Source: a virus (lineage: Duplodnaviria; Caudoviricetes). Taken from it: a DNA stretch of 33,185 bases. The stretch spans positions 1-33,185 of IMG/VR virus record IMGVR_UViG_3300011339_000215; one strand, written 5' to 3'. The notes under the pieces were generated by a model that saw only the letters and a list, made by a program, of their open reading frames with translations, had not been told where the DNA came from and made no database searches. Of the stretch, positions 1 to 8,847 are shown one piece after another; within the stretch, counting starts at the first letter, position 1; every line of letters starts with the position of its first letter. Made by a program: the position numbers and the translations under genes.

Positions 1-2
1 TG

Positions 3-824
3 TGGTCGAAGCACGCAGTCACAGCGTTTGACTGCCCACACATAACGCAGACTCAGATTGATGAGGTAATCCAGCGTTACGGCGAGAAGCACCCGCTGAC
101 CCGATCTATGATCTACGGCGAGTTCGTTGACATAGGGCTGGAAAGCCTAGTTATCAACCTCACCCAGCTACAGAACTGCCACAACACGCCACCTAGATTC
201 AAGCCAGGTGTACGCATAGCAGGCGTGGACTTTGCAGCGGGTGGCGATCAGAACGTGATCTGCATAAGTGACGGCAACAAGATTCTGCCTATGATTGCTT
301 GGCGTGAGAAAGACACGATGGCAGCCGTAGGCAGGTTTATAGTCGAGTTTAAGAAGGCTGGGCTGGAAGCTAACAACATCTACGCTGACGCAAGCGGGAG
401 GGGGATGGTTATGTGCGATGCCTTGGCTGAGTCTGGCTGGGTAGGCAATAGGGTGAACTTTGGGGCTACGGCGTATGACAACAACGCCTATACCAATCGG
501 TCTGCCGAGATGTGGTATGGGATGGCAAAGAAGATTGAGGATGCCGAGATCATATTGCCAGAGGATGAAGACTTGACAGCGCAGTTGACTTGCAGGCGTA
601 CAATCACCAACAGCAAGGGCAAGCTTGGCGTGGAGTCCAAGGACTCAATGCGTGCCAGAGGCATAGCCTCACCCGATAGGGCTGACGCGCTGGCCTTGTG
701 CCTCAGTAGCTCAAATGTCGGTCTTGACTTGACATTTCAGATAGAGCGTCCAACTTGGAAGTCACTCCAAGAAATGATGGTATCCCACGATCCCGTCATG
801 GCTGGATTTGACCCAGGAGGATAA
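3..824 (+). CDS. terL: Terminase large subunit, C-terminal nuclease domain (5' truncated)
   Basis: Frame is open from position 3 (WSKHAVTAFDCPHI...YGEF). RNase H-like motifs GVDFAAGGD, YADASG and ESKDSMRARGIASPDRADALAL; lies upstream of the portal. Confidence 0.9.
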   Translation, partial: WSKHAVTAFDCPHITQTQIDEVIQRYGEKHPLTRSMIYGEFVDIGLESLVINLTQLQNCHNTPPRFKPGVRIAGVDFAAGGDQNVICISDGNKILPMIAWREKDTMAAVGRFIVEFKKAGLEANNIYADASGRGMVMCDALAESGWVGNRVNFGATAYDNNAYTNRSAEMWYGMAKKIEDAEIILPEDEDLTAQLTCRRTITNSKGKLGVESKDSMRARGIASPDRADALALCLSSSNVGLDLTFQIERPTWKSLQEMMVSHDPVMAGFDPGG

Positions 825-829
825 ACACT

Positions 830-1000
830 ATGAATATCTGGAATTGGATTACTGCAAACTGGCAAGAGATCGTAGCCGCTGTTGGTGGCATCGTTCTTGC
901 TGCTCGCATCATTGTTAAACTCACACCGACCCCAGCGGACGATACGTTCTTGGAAAAGATCGTAAACTTCCTCAAGACAGTCGGACTGAATATTAAATAA
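830..1000 (+). CDS. Small membrane protein, putative holin (56 aa, not in ORF track)
   Basis: MNIWNWITANWQEIVAAVGGIVLAARIIVKLTPTPADDTFLEKIVNFLKTVGLNIK; GGAGGA upstream; one hydrophobic helix followed by a TPTPxDD motif common in small phage holin-like proteins. Confidence 0.65.
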   Translation: MNIWNWITANWQEIVAAVGGIVLAARIIVKLTPTPADDTFLEKIVNFLKTVGLNIK

Positions 1001-1006
1001 TCTTTT

Positions 1007-1195
1007 GTGCTGCGTGCAATCCTTGAGATCATCGCAGCCGTGTTCCGCATCATTCCAGGTTGGAAAGAAAAGCGAACACAAAACCTTGAAAACGATTGGC
1101 GCAAGAATCGCGAAGCTATTGACCGCGATCTGCCTGGTGAGTCTTGGTGGTTGCGCAACAACGACACCAGTAACCCAGACGACAGGAGCAGTTGA
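1007..1195 (+). CDS. Putative inner-membrane spanin-like protein
   Basis: N-terminal hydrophobic stretch then a charged helix; overlaps a lipoprotein gene in another frame, as in Rz/Rz1 pairs. Confidence 0.4.
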   Translation: MLRAILEIIAAVFRIIPGWKEKRTQNLENDWRKNREAIDRDLPGESWWLRNNDTSNPDDRSS

Positions 1196-1325
1196 GTCTT
1201 TAGTACGAGATGAAAACTATTCTGCTGTCCGTACTGCTGATCCAAAAGTACGCGCTTGGGCAAAGCGTGCTTTACATTACGTCAACGATCTGTCATTTGA
1301 ATTGAGCAGAGAAAGACAAAAATGA
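1086..1325 (+). CDS. Lipoprotein, putative outer-membrane spanin
   Basis: A TTG start at 1086 gives MKTIGARIAKLLTAICLVSLGGC, a basic n-region, hydrophobic h-region and LGGC lipobox; stop overlaps the portal start. Confidence 0.6.
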   Translation: MKTIGARIAKLLTAICLVSLGGCATTTPVTQTTGAVESLVRDENYSAVRTADPKVRAWAKRALHYVNDLSFELSRERQK

Positions 1326-3202
1326 ACGCTAAAGATACCGCAAGAACAGATTACTATACGAGAATCATCGAGGCACTTAACCAGCGTGAAACCTGGGAGA
1401 ACCGCCAGCGGTTGTTCTATCAAGCCCGTTACTTTGGTGTACGCCGTAAGATCAAGCCTTGGCCTACAGCCGCCGACCTTCACGTTCAGTTAATCGACAC
1501 AGCGATTGAGAAGCTGAAACCCAGTTTCGTCAACAGCGCGATTGGCAACGACATCCTTTCCAGTTTCGTACCGATGCGCCAGCAGTTGACTCCGCTGACA
1601 GTATCAGCCGAGCGTTGGTTTGATTACCAGATGCGTGAGCGTACCAACTTCCAGAAAGAGATTGTTTCCGTAATTGACAACTTGCTTCTCTACGGGCGTG
1701 GCGTGTCAAAGGTAATCTGGAATGAGGACAAGAAGCGCATTGACTTTGAGGCTATTGATCCCTTCCATATTATTGTTCCTTCCTATACCAAGGAGTTCAA
1801 AGATGCAGATTTCATCGTTCACATCATCTCAACGAGTGTCGATTCCTATAAGGCAAATCCCTTGTACAAGCAGGATGAGAACTTTATCAAAACAATTTCG
1901 GGTAAGGCCTCAAAATCAGTGGGCTTACGAAGTGAGATTCAAGACGAGATTTACAGGCGTGAAGGAATTACTCAAGAAGCTGAGAACGACCGTATTGTCC
2001 TTTGGGAGATGTACACTCCGTCCGAGGATGGATGGAAGGTCGAAACTTATAGCCCGCTTGTTTTAACCGAAGATGTCCGCAAACCCTTCACATTACCCTA
2101 TCGTCACGGTGAACCACCTTTCGTAGATTTCCCTTATGAAGTTACTGGTGGCGGTTGGTACAGTCCACGAGGTGTGGCCGAGATCCTCCTCCCGAATGAG
2201 AACCTCCTCAATAAATTAAAAAATAGTCTCTCTGACTATGTGGAGCTTGCCAACCGCCCAGTTTTTGAAGCACAGAATCCAATCTCGCTAAACACATCGA
2301 ACTTGAAGATGCAACCTGGGCAGATTCTGCCACAAGGCTTGAAGCCAGTTCAGTTTAGTCAGCCTCCATTTGACTTCCAGAAACTGATGCTCGAAGAGCG
2401 TCTTCTTTCTGAACAGCGAATGGGCAATCCAGACTTTGGTGCTGGCTCGCAGTTCCAGGTGTCGGATCGTAAGACTGCCACCGAGATTCAGGCGTTGCAG
2501 TCGCAGGCAGCAGCGTCTGGCGATTTACGCAATCGTATGTTCAGGATGGGCCTATCCCATCTCTTCAAACAGTGCTGGTCGCTTTACACGCAGTACAACA
2601 AGAAAGACTTGATGTACCGCTATGCGGAAGAAACTGGCTCGATGCCACCCGAAGGTATCCACGATGAGTATTCGATTGAGCCAAAGGGTGGACTTGACTT
2701 CATTAACCGCCAGTTTGCGTTGCAGAAGGCAGTCAGCCGTATGAGCATGTTCCAAAATAATCCTTTCGTGAACCAAGGCGAACTGGTAAAGTCAGTGCTT
2801 GAACAAGACGATCCCTCGTTGGTCCGCAGACTCTTCCAAGATCCAAACGCAGCCTCTGGCGATCAAGCTGAAGATCAAGCGACTGAAATCGCGACTATGC
2901 TTGCAACTGGATTCCCAGTCGCAATCAAGCCTAGCGACGATCACAAAGCGCATATATCCGTTCTCTTCGCGTTTAACCAAGCGGCTCAACAGCGGCAACA
3001 GCAGGTCGATCAGAGCGCAATGCAAGTTCTGATGGCACACTTACAACAGCACTTGGCAGCCTTGGAACAGGTTGACCCCAATACATCCCGCGCTATCCAG
3101 AAACAGCTTCGTGATGCAGGTAAGGCTCAGATGCAACAGCAGGGGCAACAATTGCCTCCAGAAGCAATGCAAGGCCAAGCACCAGCACCGATGGCGGGTT
3201 GA
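1322..3202 (+). CDS. Portal protein (podovirus/P22-like)
   Basis: 626 aa after terminase; LLLYGRGV, IDPF and KTATEI motifs and a Gln-rich C-terminal tail typical of podoviral portals. Confidence 0.85.
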   Translation: MNAKDTARTDYYTRIIEALNQRETWENRQRLFYQARYFGVRRKIKPWPTAADLHVQLIDTAIEKLKPSFVNSAIGNDILSSFVPMRQQLTPLTVSAERWFDYQMRERTNFQKEIVSVIDNLLLYGRGVSKVIWNEDKKRIDFEAIDPFHIIVPSYTKEFKDADFIVHIISTSVDSYKANPLYKQDENFIKTISGKASKSVGLRSEIQDEIYRREGITQEAENDRIVLWEMYTPSEDGWKVETYSPLVLTEDVRKPFTLPYRHGEPPFVDFPYEVTGGGWYSPRGVAEILLPNENLLNKLKNSLSDYVELANRPVFEAQNPISLNTSNLKMQPGQILPQGLKPVQFSQPPFDFQKLMLEERLLSEQRMGNPDFGAGSQFQVSDRKTATEIQALQSQAAASGDLRNRMFRMGLSHLFKQCWSLYTQYNKKDLMYRYAEETGSMPPEGIHDEYSIEPKGGLDFINRQFALQKAVSRMSMFQNNPFVNQGELVKSVLEQDDPSLVRRLFQDPNAASGDQAEDQATEIATMLATGFPVAIKPSDDHKAHISVLFAFNQAAQQRQQQVDQSAMQVLMAHLQQHLAALEQVDPNTSRAIQKQLRDAGKAQMQQQGQQLPPEAMQGQAPAPMAG

Positions 3203-3729
3203 AAGTACCAGTAATGCGGGATGCCTTCCAAGCGGAAGGCTTGGCAAAGCTGTGTGAGTGGGCGAATGAACAAGGTGCAACTGGTAGGGCAGTTGAGATT
3301 GGTTCTTATAGTGGCGAGGGAACAGTAGTTCTAGCAAAGTATTTTAAGGATGTTCTTGCCGTAGATCCTTGGCTTAATGGGTACGACATCAACGATGTGG
3401 CAAGTCAGCAATGTCCGATGAAGTTTGTATTTGATGCCTTCCAAGAGCGCGTATCTCCATTTAAGAATGTTTTATATAGCAGGGGCAAAAGCCTAGATGC
3501 GCTTGAGTTCTTCAAGGATGGCGAGCTAGACCTAGTTTATATTGACGGAGATCATAGGTACGAAGGTGTGCTGGCAGACCTAAAGGGCTGGCGCAAGAAG
3601 CTTAGAGAAGGCGGGATTATGGCTGGTCACGATTGGAGTTGGAAGTCAGTCAAGATGGCTTTACTTGAGGAAATAGGACAAAAGGACTACACGCTATTCC
3701 AAGGCGATTCTTGGGCAATAAAACTATGA
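3199..3729 (+). CDS. Class I SAM-dependent methyltransferase (Methyltransf_24-like)
   Basis: VEIGSYSGEG, AVDPW, DLVYIDGDHRYEGV and GGIMAGHDW motifs. Confidence 0.85.
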   Translation: MKVPVMRDAFQAEGLAKLCEWANEQGATGRAVEIGSYSGEGTVVLAKYFKDVLAVDPWLNGYDINDVASQQCPMKFVFDAFQERVSPFKNVLYSRGKSLDALEFFKDGELDLVYIDGDHRYEGVLADLKGWRKKLREGGIMAGHDWSWKSVKMALLEEIGQKDYTLFQGDSWAIKL

Positions 3730-4175
3730 GGCATAAAAGAGGCCACATAAGACAAGATGGTATGATGTTTTGGTCATATAGATACAATAATGAAATATGG
3801 CTAACACCAGAAAATTTCAAAAAACGTCATCAACAAAAATTAGTTTGGCAAAGAAAGAATGTTGATCCAATACAGAATAGAAAAAATGTAATGGAATGGA
3901 CAAAAAACAATCTATCCCGCAAGCTTGCGAGCGTCAGAAAATACCAAGCAATGAAGAGAAATTCCAAAGTATTGTGTGGAGATACCAACGTAATTAAAGT
4001 TTTTTATGATGCGGCAAAAAGAGTTGGAAAATGTGTTGGCATAAAGTTTCATGTAGATCACATTGTTCCACTATCATTGGGCGGATCTCATCATCAAAAG
4101 AACTTGCAATGGGTTCCGTATATGTGGAATCTATCTAAACACAACAGAGAAAGCGGAAAGATATTTTCTATGTAA
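3726..4175 (+). CDS. HNH homing endonuclease
   Basis: FHVDHIVPL...GGSH...NLQW...NLSKHN motif; visibly more AT-rich than flanks; ATGA overlap at 3726. Confidence 0.85.
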   Translation: MRHKRGHIRQDGMMFWSYRYNNEIWLTPENFKKRHQQKLVWQRKNVDPIQNRKNVMEWTKNNLSRKLASVRKYQAMKRNSKVLCGDTNVIKVFYDAAKRVGKCVGIKFHVDHIVPLSLGGSHHQKNLQWVPYMWNLSKHNRESGKIFSM

Positions 4176-4182
4176 ATTATTT

Positions 4183-4509
4183 ATGATTAGACTATTAAGA
4201 TCATTAAAGTTCTTCGTTAGAAATTATGATTGGGTCAACGAACCCAAGTGGGAAGACGAAGATGAAAAAGCTTGGACTGGATTTCTTGCCACTCCAACAG
4301 GACGCAAGCTAAGTCTGATTTTACTTAACCTAACTCTGCGTCAAAACGCCTCTGCCGTGATGAAGAAACCAGAGGAACTTGCAGACGCTTGTGGACATGC
4401 TAGAGGATATAGGGCTTGCGTTGCGACCTTAGAGTCGCTCGCATCCAAAAAACTTAACTCCGCCATTCCAGGCTATGGGGATGGATCGGATGAACCAGTA
4501 GCCGACTAA
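4183..4509 (+). CDS. Hypothetical protein between portal and scaffold
   Basis: ORF 4063..4509, likely starting at ATG 4183; FLATPTGRKL helix resembles small head-module proteins at this position. Confidence 0.6.
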   Translation: MIRLLRSLKFFVRNYDWVNEPKWEDEDEKAWTGFLATPTGRKLSLILLNLTLRQNASAVMKKPEELADACGHARGYRACVATLESLASKKLNSAIPGYGDGSDEPVAD

Positions 4510-4557
4510 CCTTTAGGTAGAATGACTCCCTACCGAAAAGTGTAAGAAAGGGTCAAA

Positions 4558-5529
4558 ATGGCGGATTCAAACAACCTAACTGAAGCGGATGTATTGGCGA
4601 TGGCGCAAGCGGCTGACGAAGGACGGGATTTTAATCCTACTCCCAAGGAATACGAAAAAGCCAAAGTAGAAACAGAAGCTACAGAAAAGGCCAGCGGAGA
4701 TAACGAGCAGAAACCCGCGCCTGCTGATAAAGCCGAACAAACAAAACTCGAAGCCTCGGATGAGGTTTCAGCGACCAAGGAGAAATCCGAGGAAGCCAAA
4801 AGTTCTTTAACAACGCAATCTTCAGAAGACAAGTCGGAGTCGGCTTCCGAAAAGAAGCCTACCCGTTACGAGAAGGCTAAGTCGCGACTTGAGAAGGAGT
4901 GGGAAGATGTCCGAGCCGAGAAAGCTAGAATCAAAGCAGAACGCGAGCAGATCGAGGCAGACAGGGCAAGGAAGACTTCAGAAACTCCTCAAGGCGAGAC
5001 AAAATCGATCAGTCGCAAGTTTAGCGCGGAAGATTACAGGGAAGCAGCAAAGAGCTACCGTGATGAAGGCCGTGACGATCTTGCAAAACTTGCCGAACAA
5101 AAAGCTGGTGACATCGAAGTCGAGGATAGGAAAGAGGTCGAGCAAAAGACCCAAGCAGAACTAAAGTCTGCTTGGGATAAAAATTTGCTTGATGAAGTAG
5201 AAGCAAATCCAGAACTTAAAGACTCAACCAGCACATTGTATAAAGCCGTATCGGAAATGTTGCAAAACCACGCTATCCTGCGTAATTACCCAGCGGGGAT
5301 CAAGGATGCGGTTGGAATTGCAAAGGTAAAGCTCCAAGCGGAGTCCGCCTCCGATTTGTCGAAAAAGGTTGCAGAGTATGAGAAAGAACTTTCTCAACTC
5401 AGAAAAGCGACTACTCCAGCGTCTGGACAACCCAAAGGTCCTGCCAAGACTAAAGCTTTTCACGAACTAACGCTCGAAGAGCAAGAACGTGAATTGATGA
5501 AAATGGCATCCGAAGTTGACAGAGGTTGA
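4558..5529 (+). CDS. Capsid scaffolding protein
   Basis: Highly charged E/K/A-rich, coiled-coil-like 323 aa protein directly upstream of the major capsid gene. Confidence 0.75.
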   Translation: MADSNNLTEADVLAMAQAADEGRDFNPTPKEYEKAKVETEATEKASGDNEQKPAPADKAEQTKLEASDEVSATKEKSEEAKSSLTTQSSEDKSESASEKKPTRYEKAKSRLEKEWEDVRAEKARIKAEREQIEADRARKTSETPQGETKSISRKFSAEDYREAAKSYRDEGRDDLAKLAEQKAGDIEVEDRKEVEQKTQAELKSAWDKNLLDEVEANPELKDSTSTLYKAVSEMLQNHAILRNYPAGIKDAVGIAKVKLQAESASDLSKKVAEYEKELSQLRKATTPASGQPKGPAKTKAFHELTLEEQERELMKMASEVDRG

Positions 5530-5560
5530 GTAGTCATAACAAACAAGGATACTTAATTAT

Positions 5561-6589
5561 ATGGTAACTACTGGCTCAGTCAGCGCGCAGTTCCAGGCAT
5601 ACTTCTCAAAAGCATTGCTCGAACGCGCAATCCCATTGCTCCAGATGGAGCAATTCGCAATGAAAACCCCCTACCCGACCAAAACGGGTGGAAACAAAAC
5701 AATTCGGTTCTTCCGCTTCGGCGATCCCAGCATCACTGCGATCTCCGCTTTGTCGGAAGGAACGACTCCTTCTTCTGGTGACGAGCGTGATCTCACGTTG
5801 TCCTCGGTTGAAGCAACGCTTGTACAGTACGGAAGCAAGATCATCCTAACGGATGTTGTTCTCGCAACCGAATTGTTCTCGCACTTGGCGCAAGCCACCA
5901 AACAACTTGGCGAAGATGCCGCCCTCCACGCTGACACACTCTGTCACCGCGCGTTGGTGCAGGACTCCTCGACCAGCACTGGTACTGGTGTAGCAGTCAA
6001 GTCCTACGCTCGTTATGCTCAAAACACGACTAACGGCACGACCTGGGCTACTTCGTCCGTTGCTAACAGCGCAATGACCGCCACCGACTTGCTCGATGGT
6101 GCGACTTCGTTGTTCATCGCTCGCGCTCCTAAGATCAAGGACGGCTACGCGCTTGTCGCGCATCCTGCCGTTATCCGTGACTTGCAGCAGGACGATGATT
6201 GGTTGAAGGTGTCGAGCTACTCTGCCCCCGACCAAATCTTCAAAGGTGAGACTGGTAAATTGTTTGGCGTGTCGGTCATCTCTTCGACCAACGTCCAGAC
6301 CTTCAATACCTCCGCCTCTGGTATCGCTGAAAACAGCGTAGGAACAACTGGTGTTAACACTGGTTACGCCAACGTCCTCCTCGGTGGTGGCGCGTTTGGT
6401 GTTCCTAGCTTGTCCTCATTGGCCGCCTCTGGCTCGCCCTTCGCCCCGAAGGTCACGATCCTTGATGCTGCTGATAAGAGCGATCCTTATGGACAGCGCG
6501 TTGTTGCGTCCTTCAAGACGTTCTACGCGGCCAAGCAACTCGATCCTCGGTTCTTCCGAGTCATCGTTGCGAAGTCCAACTACAGCTAA
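5561..6589 (+). CDS. Major capsid protein (N4 gp56-like, HK97 fold)
   Basis: 342 aa; GNKTIRF, LSEGTTP, VQYG, HPAVIRDL, FKGETGKLFGV and SDPYGQR motifs; AAGGA upstream. Confidence 0.9.
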   Translation: MVTTGSVSAQFQAYFSKALLERAIPLLQMEQFAMKTPYPTKTGGNKTIRFFRFGDPSITAISALSEGTTPSSGDERDLTLSSVEATLVQYGSKIILTDVVLATELFSHLAQATKQLGEDAALHADTLCHRALVQDSSTSTGTGVAVKSYARYAQNTTNGTTWATSSVANSAMTATDLLDGATSLFIARAPKIKDGYALVAHPAVIRDLQQDDDWLKVSSYSAPDQIFKGETGKLFGVSVISSTNVQTFNTSASGIAENSVGTTGVNTGYANVLLGGGAFGVPSLSSLAASGSPFAPKVTILDAADKSDPYGQRVVASFKTFYAAKQLDPRFFRVIVAKSNYS

Positions 6590-6635
6590 TAATTAAATGG
6601 GAACCATGCTAGTCATTGGTATGGGTCCTCGGAAA

Positions 6636-6661
6636 GCTGGGGAGGGTAAAACCTCCCCAGC
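6636..6661 (+). terminator. GC-rich hairpin after capsid gene (terminator or processing site)
   Basis: Perfect 10-bp stem GCTGGGGAGG/CCTCCCCAGC with GTAAAA loop; only a weak pyrimidine tail. Confidence 0.45.
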
Positions 6662-6686
6662 CTCTTCCACCAAGGAGAAACCAGCT

Positions 6687-6941
6687 ATGAAAGAAGGATT
6701 GGTCAAATTGCCGATCTCTATGTTCGAGCTAGGTGAAGGCGAAGAAAACGCCACACCAGAAGCTGGAGACATGGTGGAACTGGAAGGTGTAGTGGAGAAA
6801 ATCGAAGGTGGTGTGGCTATGGTGCGTGTAAACAACGCTATGGCTGAAGCATCTGAAGAGGAATCTGCTAAACCCGAAGAGTCCGAAGAAGACCGCATGA
6901 TGAAGATGGCCGAGGAGTCGGATAAGGAAAACTATAGCTAA
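6687..6941 (+). CDS. Acidic hypothetical protein
   Basis: ORF 6597..6941; the ATG at 6687 has AAGGAG upstream and lies after the hairpin, so it is the likelier start. Confidence 0.65.
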   Translation: MKEGLVKLPISMFELGEGEENATPEAGDMVELEGVVEKIEGGVAMVRVNNAMAEASEEESAKPEESEEDRMMKMAEESDKENYS

Positions 6942-7225
6942 TGCCTGTTTACCAGTACGAGGACACCAGAAATGGGAAAGTTGTCGAACTGGAAAAGGCT
7001 GTGGCCGAAAGGGATTCTGTCCCTCGTTACCTTAAACGATTCACCGTCCCGCAAAGATTGAGCCTAGTGGGGGTTGGCGAACCCCTCGACAACCCGCTGG
7101 GAGTCAATCAAACAAACTTAATGAAGGGGTACTATCGCCAGGAACAAAAGCTTGGCAGTAGATTCAAAAGCCAGTACACGCCAGATAGTATCAAACGTGC
7201 TGCTTTAAGGAGAAAAATAAAATGA
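6941..7225 (+). CDS. FmdB-like small protein lacking the zinc-binding Cys
   Basis: N-terminus MPVYQYEDTRNGKVVE resembles the MPxYxYxCxxCG pattern. Confidence 0.55.
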   Translation: MPVYQYEDTRNGKVVELEKAVAERDSVPRYLKRFTVPQRLSLVGVGEPLDNPLGVNQTNLMKGYYRQEQKLGSRFKSQYTPDSIKRAALRRKIK

Positions 7226-7416
7226 GTGATGAGTTTCAACGCAGTCCAATCAAGGCGAAGAACAAGGCTGTCCGTATCAACGGTGCTAACTTCGCAAACG
7301 TCATTGAGTTTACTGCAAGTTCCAGCGGCGGCACTGTTAACACAGTTGCAACAGCCCCTGCGTCCTTGAATGTGACTCTTAACGGCACGTCTTACAGAAT
7401 CGCACTGCATACCTAA
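7222..7416 (+). CDS. Small hypothetical virion protein
   Basis: 64 aa, AGGAG upstream, beta-rich; ends with VTLNGTSYRIALH. Confidence 0.6.
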   Translation: MSDEFQRSPIKAKNKAVRINGANFANVIEFTASSSGGTVNTVATAPASLNVTLNGTSYRIALHT

Positions 7417-7420
7417 TTGT

Positions 7421-7657
7421 ATGCGGTTGCTTTCCCGCCTTACGCTTGGTAATGCTGGGACAATTATTGCATCGTCAGCTTCCACTAATACTGGAAGCTA
7501 CGATGCGGTAACTGCTCTTACGCTTTCCACGGCTACGCTTATTATTAGTGGTGCGACAACTGCTGCCACTTTTAATGCAGGCGTTACAGTTTATGGAGAC
7601 ATAGAGCAGGTTGCTTTAACTGGCGGCGCAATGGCAATTTATAATCGCAAGGATTAA
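7421..7657 (+). CDS. Small T/A/G-rich putative head decoration protein
   Basis: 78 aa; similar layout to the next ORF (AGVTVYGDI vs SGNIIYGEF). Confidence 0.55.
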   Translation: MRLLSRLTLGNAGTIIASSASTNTGSYDAVTALTLSTATLIISGATTAATFNAGVTVYGDIEQVALTGGAMAIYNRKD

Positions 7658-7668
7658 GGAGCAATAAT

Positions 7669-7908
7669 ATGTCAAGAGCATTAGATAAATTCCAAGCCCA
7701 ATACGGATTTTCCGTAGGAAGCACTGGAACGGCAGCACCTGGCTATTGGGCAATCCAAATGCTCTCAGATACCACGTTTAGCGCGATTAGCGGTAAATAT
7801 GATGGCACTCTGACTGGCGTTACGATTGGCTCTGGCAACATCATCTATGGCGAGTTCGACAGCTACACGGCTGGAACTGGCAAGGTGATCGGCTACATAG
7901 CTGGTTAA
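7669..7908 (+). CDS. Small putative head decoration protein, paralog of the preceding gene
   Basis: 79 aa, AAGGAG upstream, G/T/S-rich beta protein. Confidence 0.6.
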   Translation: MSRALDKFQAQYGFSVGSTGTAAPGYWAIQMLSDTTFSAISGKYDGTLTGVTIGSGNIIYGEFDSYTAGTGKVIGYIAG

Positions 7909-7970
7909 TTGTATTAGCAGTCAACTCGCCAAAGGTTCAAGTCCTTGGCGGGTGATTGCATTGTAATTTT

Positions 7971-8729
7971 ATGCCAAGACTATCTCTAGGACTAGGAGTA
8001 CAGGCCATCCGCAAGGTTGGTGGCGCACCGTTCTCCCCAGCCAATTTATCTGGTTTATCAATATGGCTAAAGGCCAACGCTGGTGTTACTACATCTGGCT
8101 CAAATGTAACAGCTTGGGCAGATCAAAGCGGGAATGGGAATAATGCCGTAGGTTCTGACACATTACCCACGCTACAATCAAATGCAATTAACGGATACCC
8201 TGCAATTCGGTTTAATAATACTGAAGAAACAAGTAAATTCATTATTTCAAATAACTTTAATTTAAAAAACTCAAGTGTTTTCGTTGTGGCTAAACAATTA
8301 AACCTAGATAATGCGTTTGCAAGAATGTTGGCTTTTTTGGGTTCTAATGATGATTACGATTCTGATGACGGATTGGCTTTTGTTTTTAACAATACAGTTC
8401 CTCAACTACAAGTAGAAAGTAATTCCAATAATGCAGTTATTGAAAATCTTGTGGCGAACAATGTATTTGCGTCAGTTTCCTATAAAATAGACAACTCTGG
8501 GAATATAAGTGTTTTTTACAATGGTGCTTCAGAGGGTACTGCTCAAAATGCTGATATGACATCACAAAATAGTGGTGGCTCATTATATATAGGGCAAGGC
8601 TCTCAAAATGTAACTGTTGCTGGACTTTATGGAGATATTGCCGAAGTTATAGTTTACAATTCTAATTTAACCACACCACAACGCCAGCAAGTCGAAGGCT
8701 ATCTTAATACCAAATATGCGATTTATTAG
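7971..8729 (+). CDS. LamG/concanavalin A-like lectin domain virion protein
   Basis: WLKA...VTAWADQSGNGNNA, NGYPAIRF, LYIG and GDIAEVIVYNSNL...VEGYLNTKY motifs; likely start ATG 7971; AT-rich interior. Confidence 0.8.
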   Translation: MPRLSLGLGVQAIRKVGGAPFSPANLSGLSIWLKANAGVTTSGSNVTAWADQSGNGNNAVGSDTLPTLQSNAINGYPAIRFNNTEETSKFIISNNFNLKNSSVFVVAKQLNLDNAFARMLAFLGSNDDYDSDDGLAFVFNNTVPQLQVESNSNNAVIENLVANNVFASVSYKIDNSGNISVFYNGASEGTAQNADMTSQNSGGSLYIGQGSQNVTVAGLYGDIAEVIVYNSNLTTPQRQQVEGYLNTKYAIY

Positions 8730-8847
8730 TCTAGCCTTAGTTTGCTTTGCCCTTTCCTCCTGCTCCCCACGCAAGCAGGATAACAATGCTTTGCCAGTCT
8801 ATTCGGACATGGGCGCAGCATCTGACTTGGGGGCTACTAAGCCGTGA
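8716..8847 (+). CDS. Small lipoprotein (43 aa, not in ORF track)
   Basis: MRFISLALVCFALSSCSPRKQDNNALPVYSDMGAASDLGATKP; LSSC lipobox; fills the gap between genes and overlaps the next by GTGA. Confidence 0.6.
   Translation: MRFISLALVCFALSSCSPRKQDNNALPVYSDMGAASDLGATKP

Noticed and set aside
6560-6600. Programmed frameshift or readthrough extension of the capsid protein
   Set aside because: The gene ends in tandem TAA TAA and I saw no clear slippery heptamer.
7917-7959. tRNA gene
   Set aside because: Only a T-arm-like loop is present; no D arm, anticodon arm or cloverleaf.
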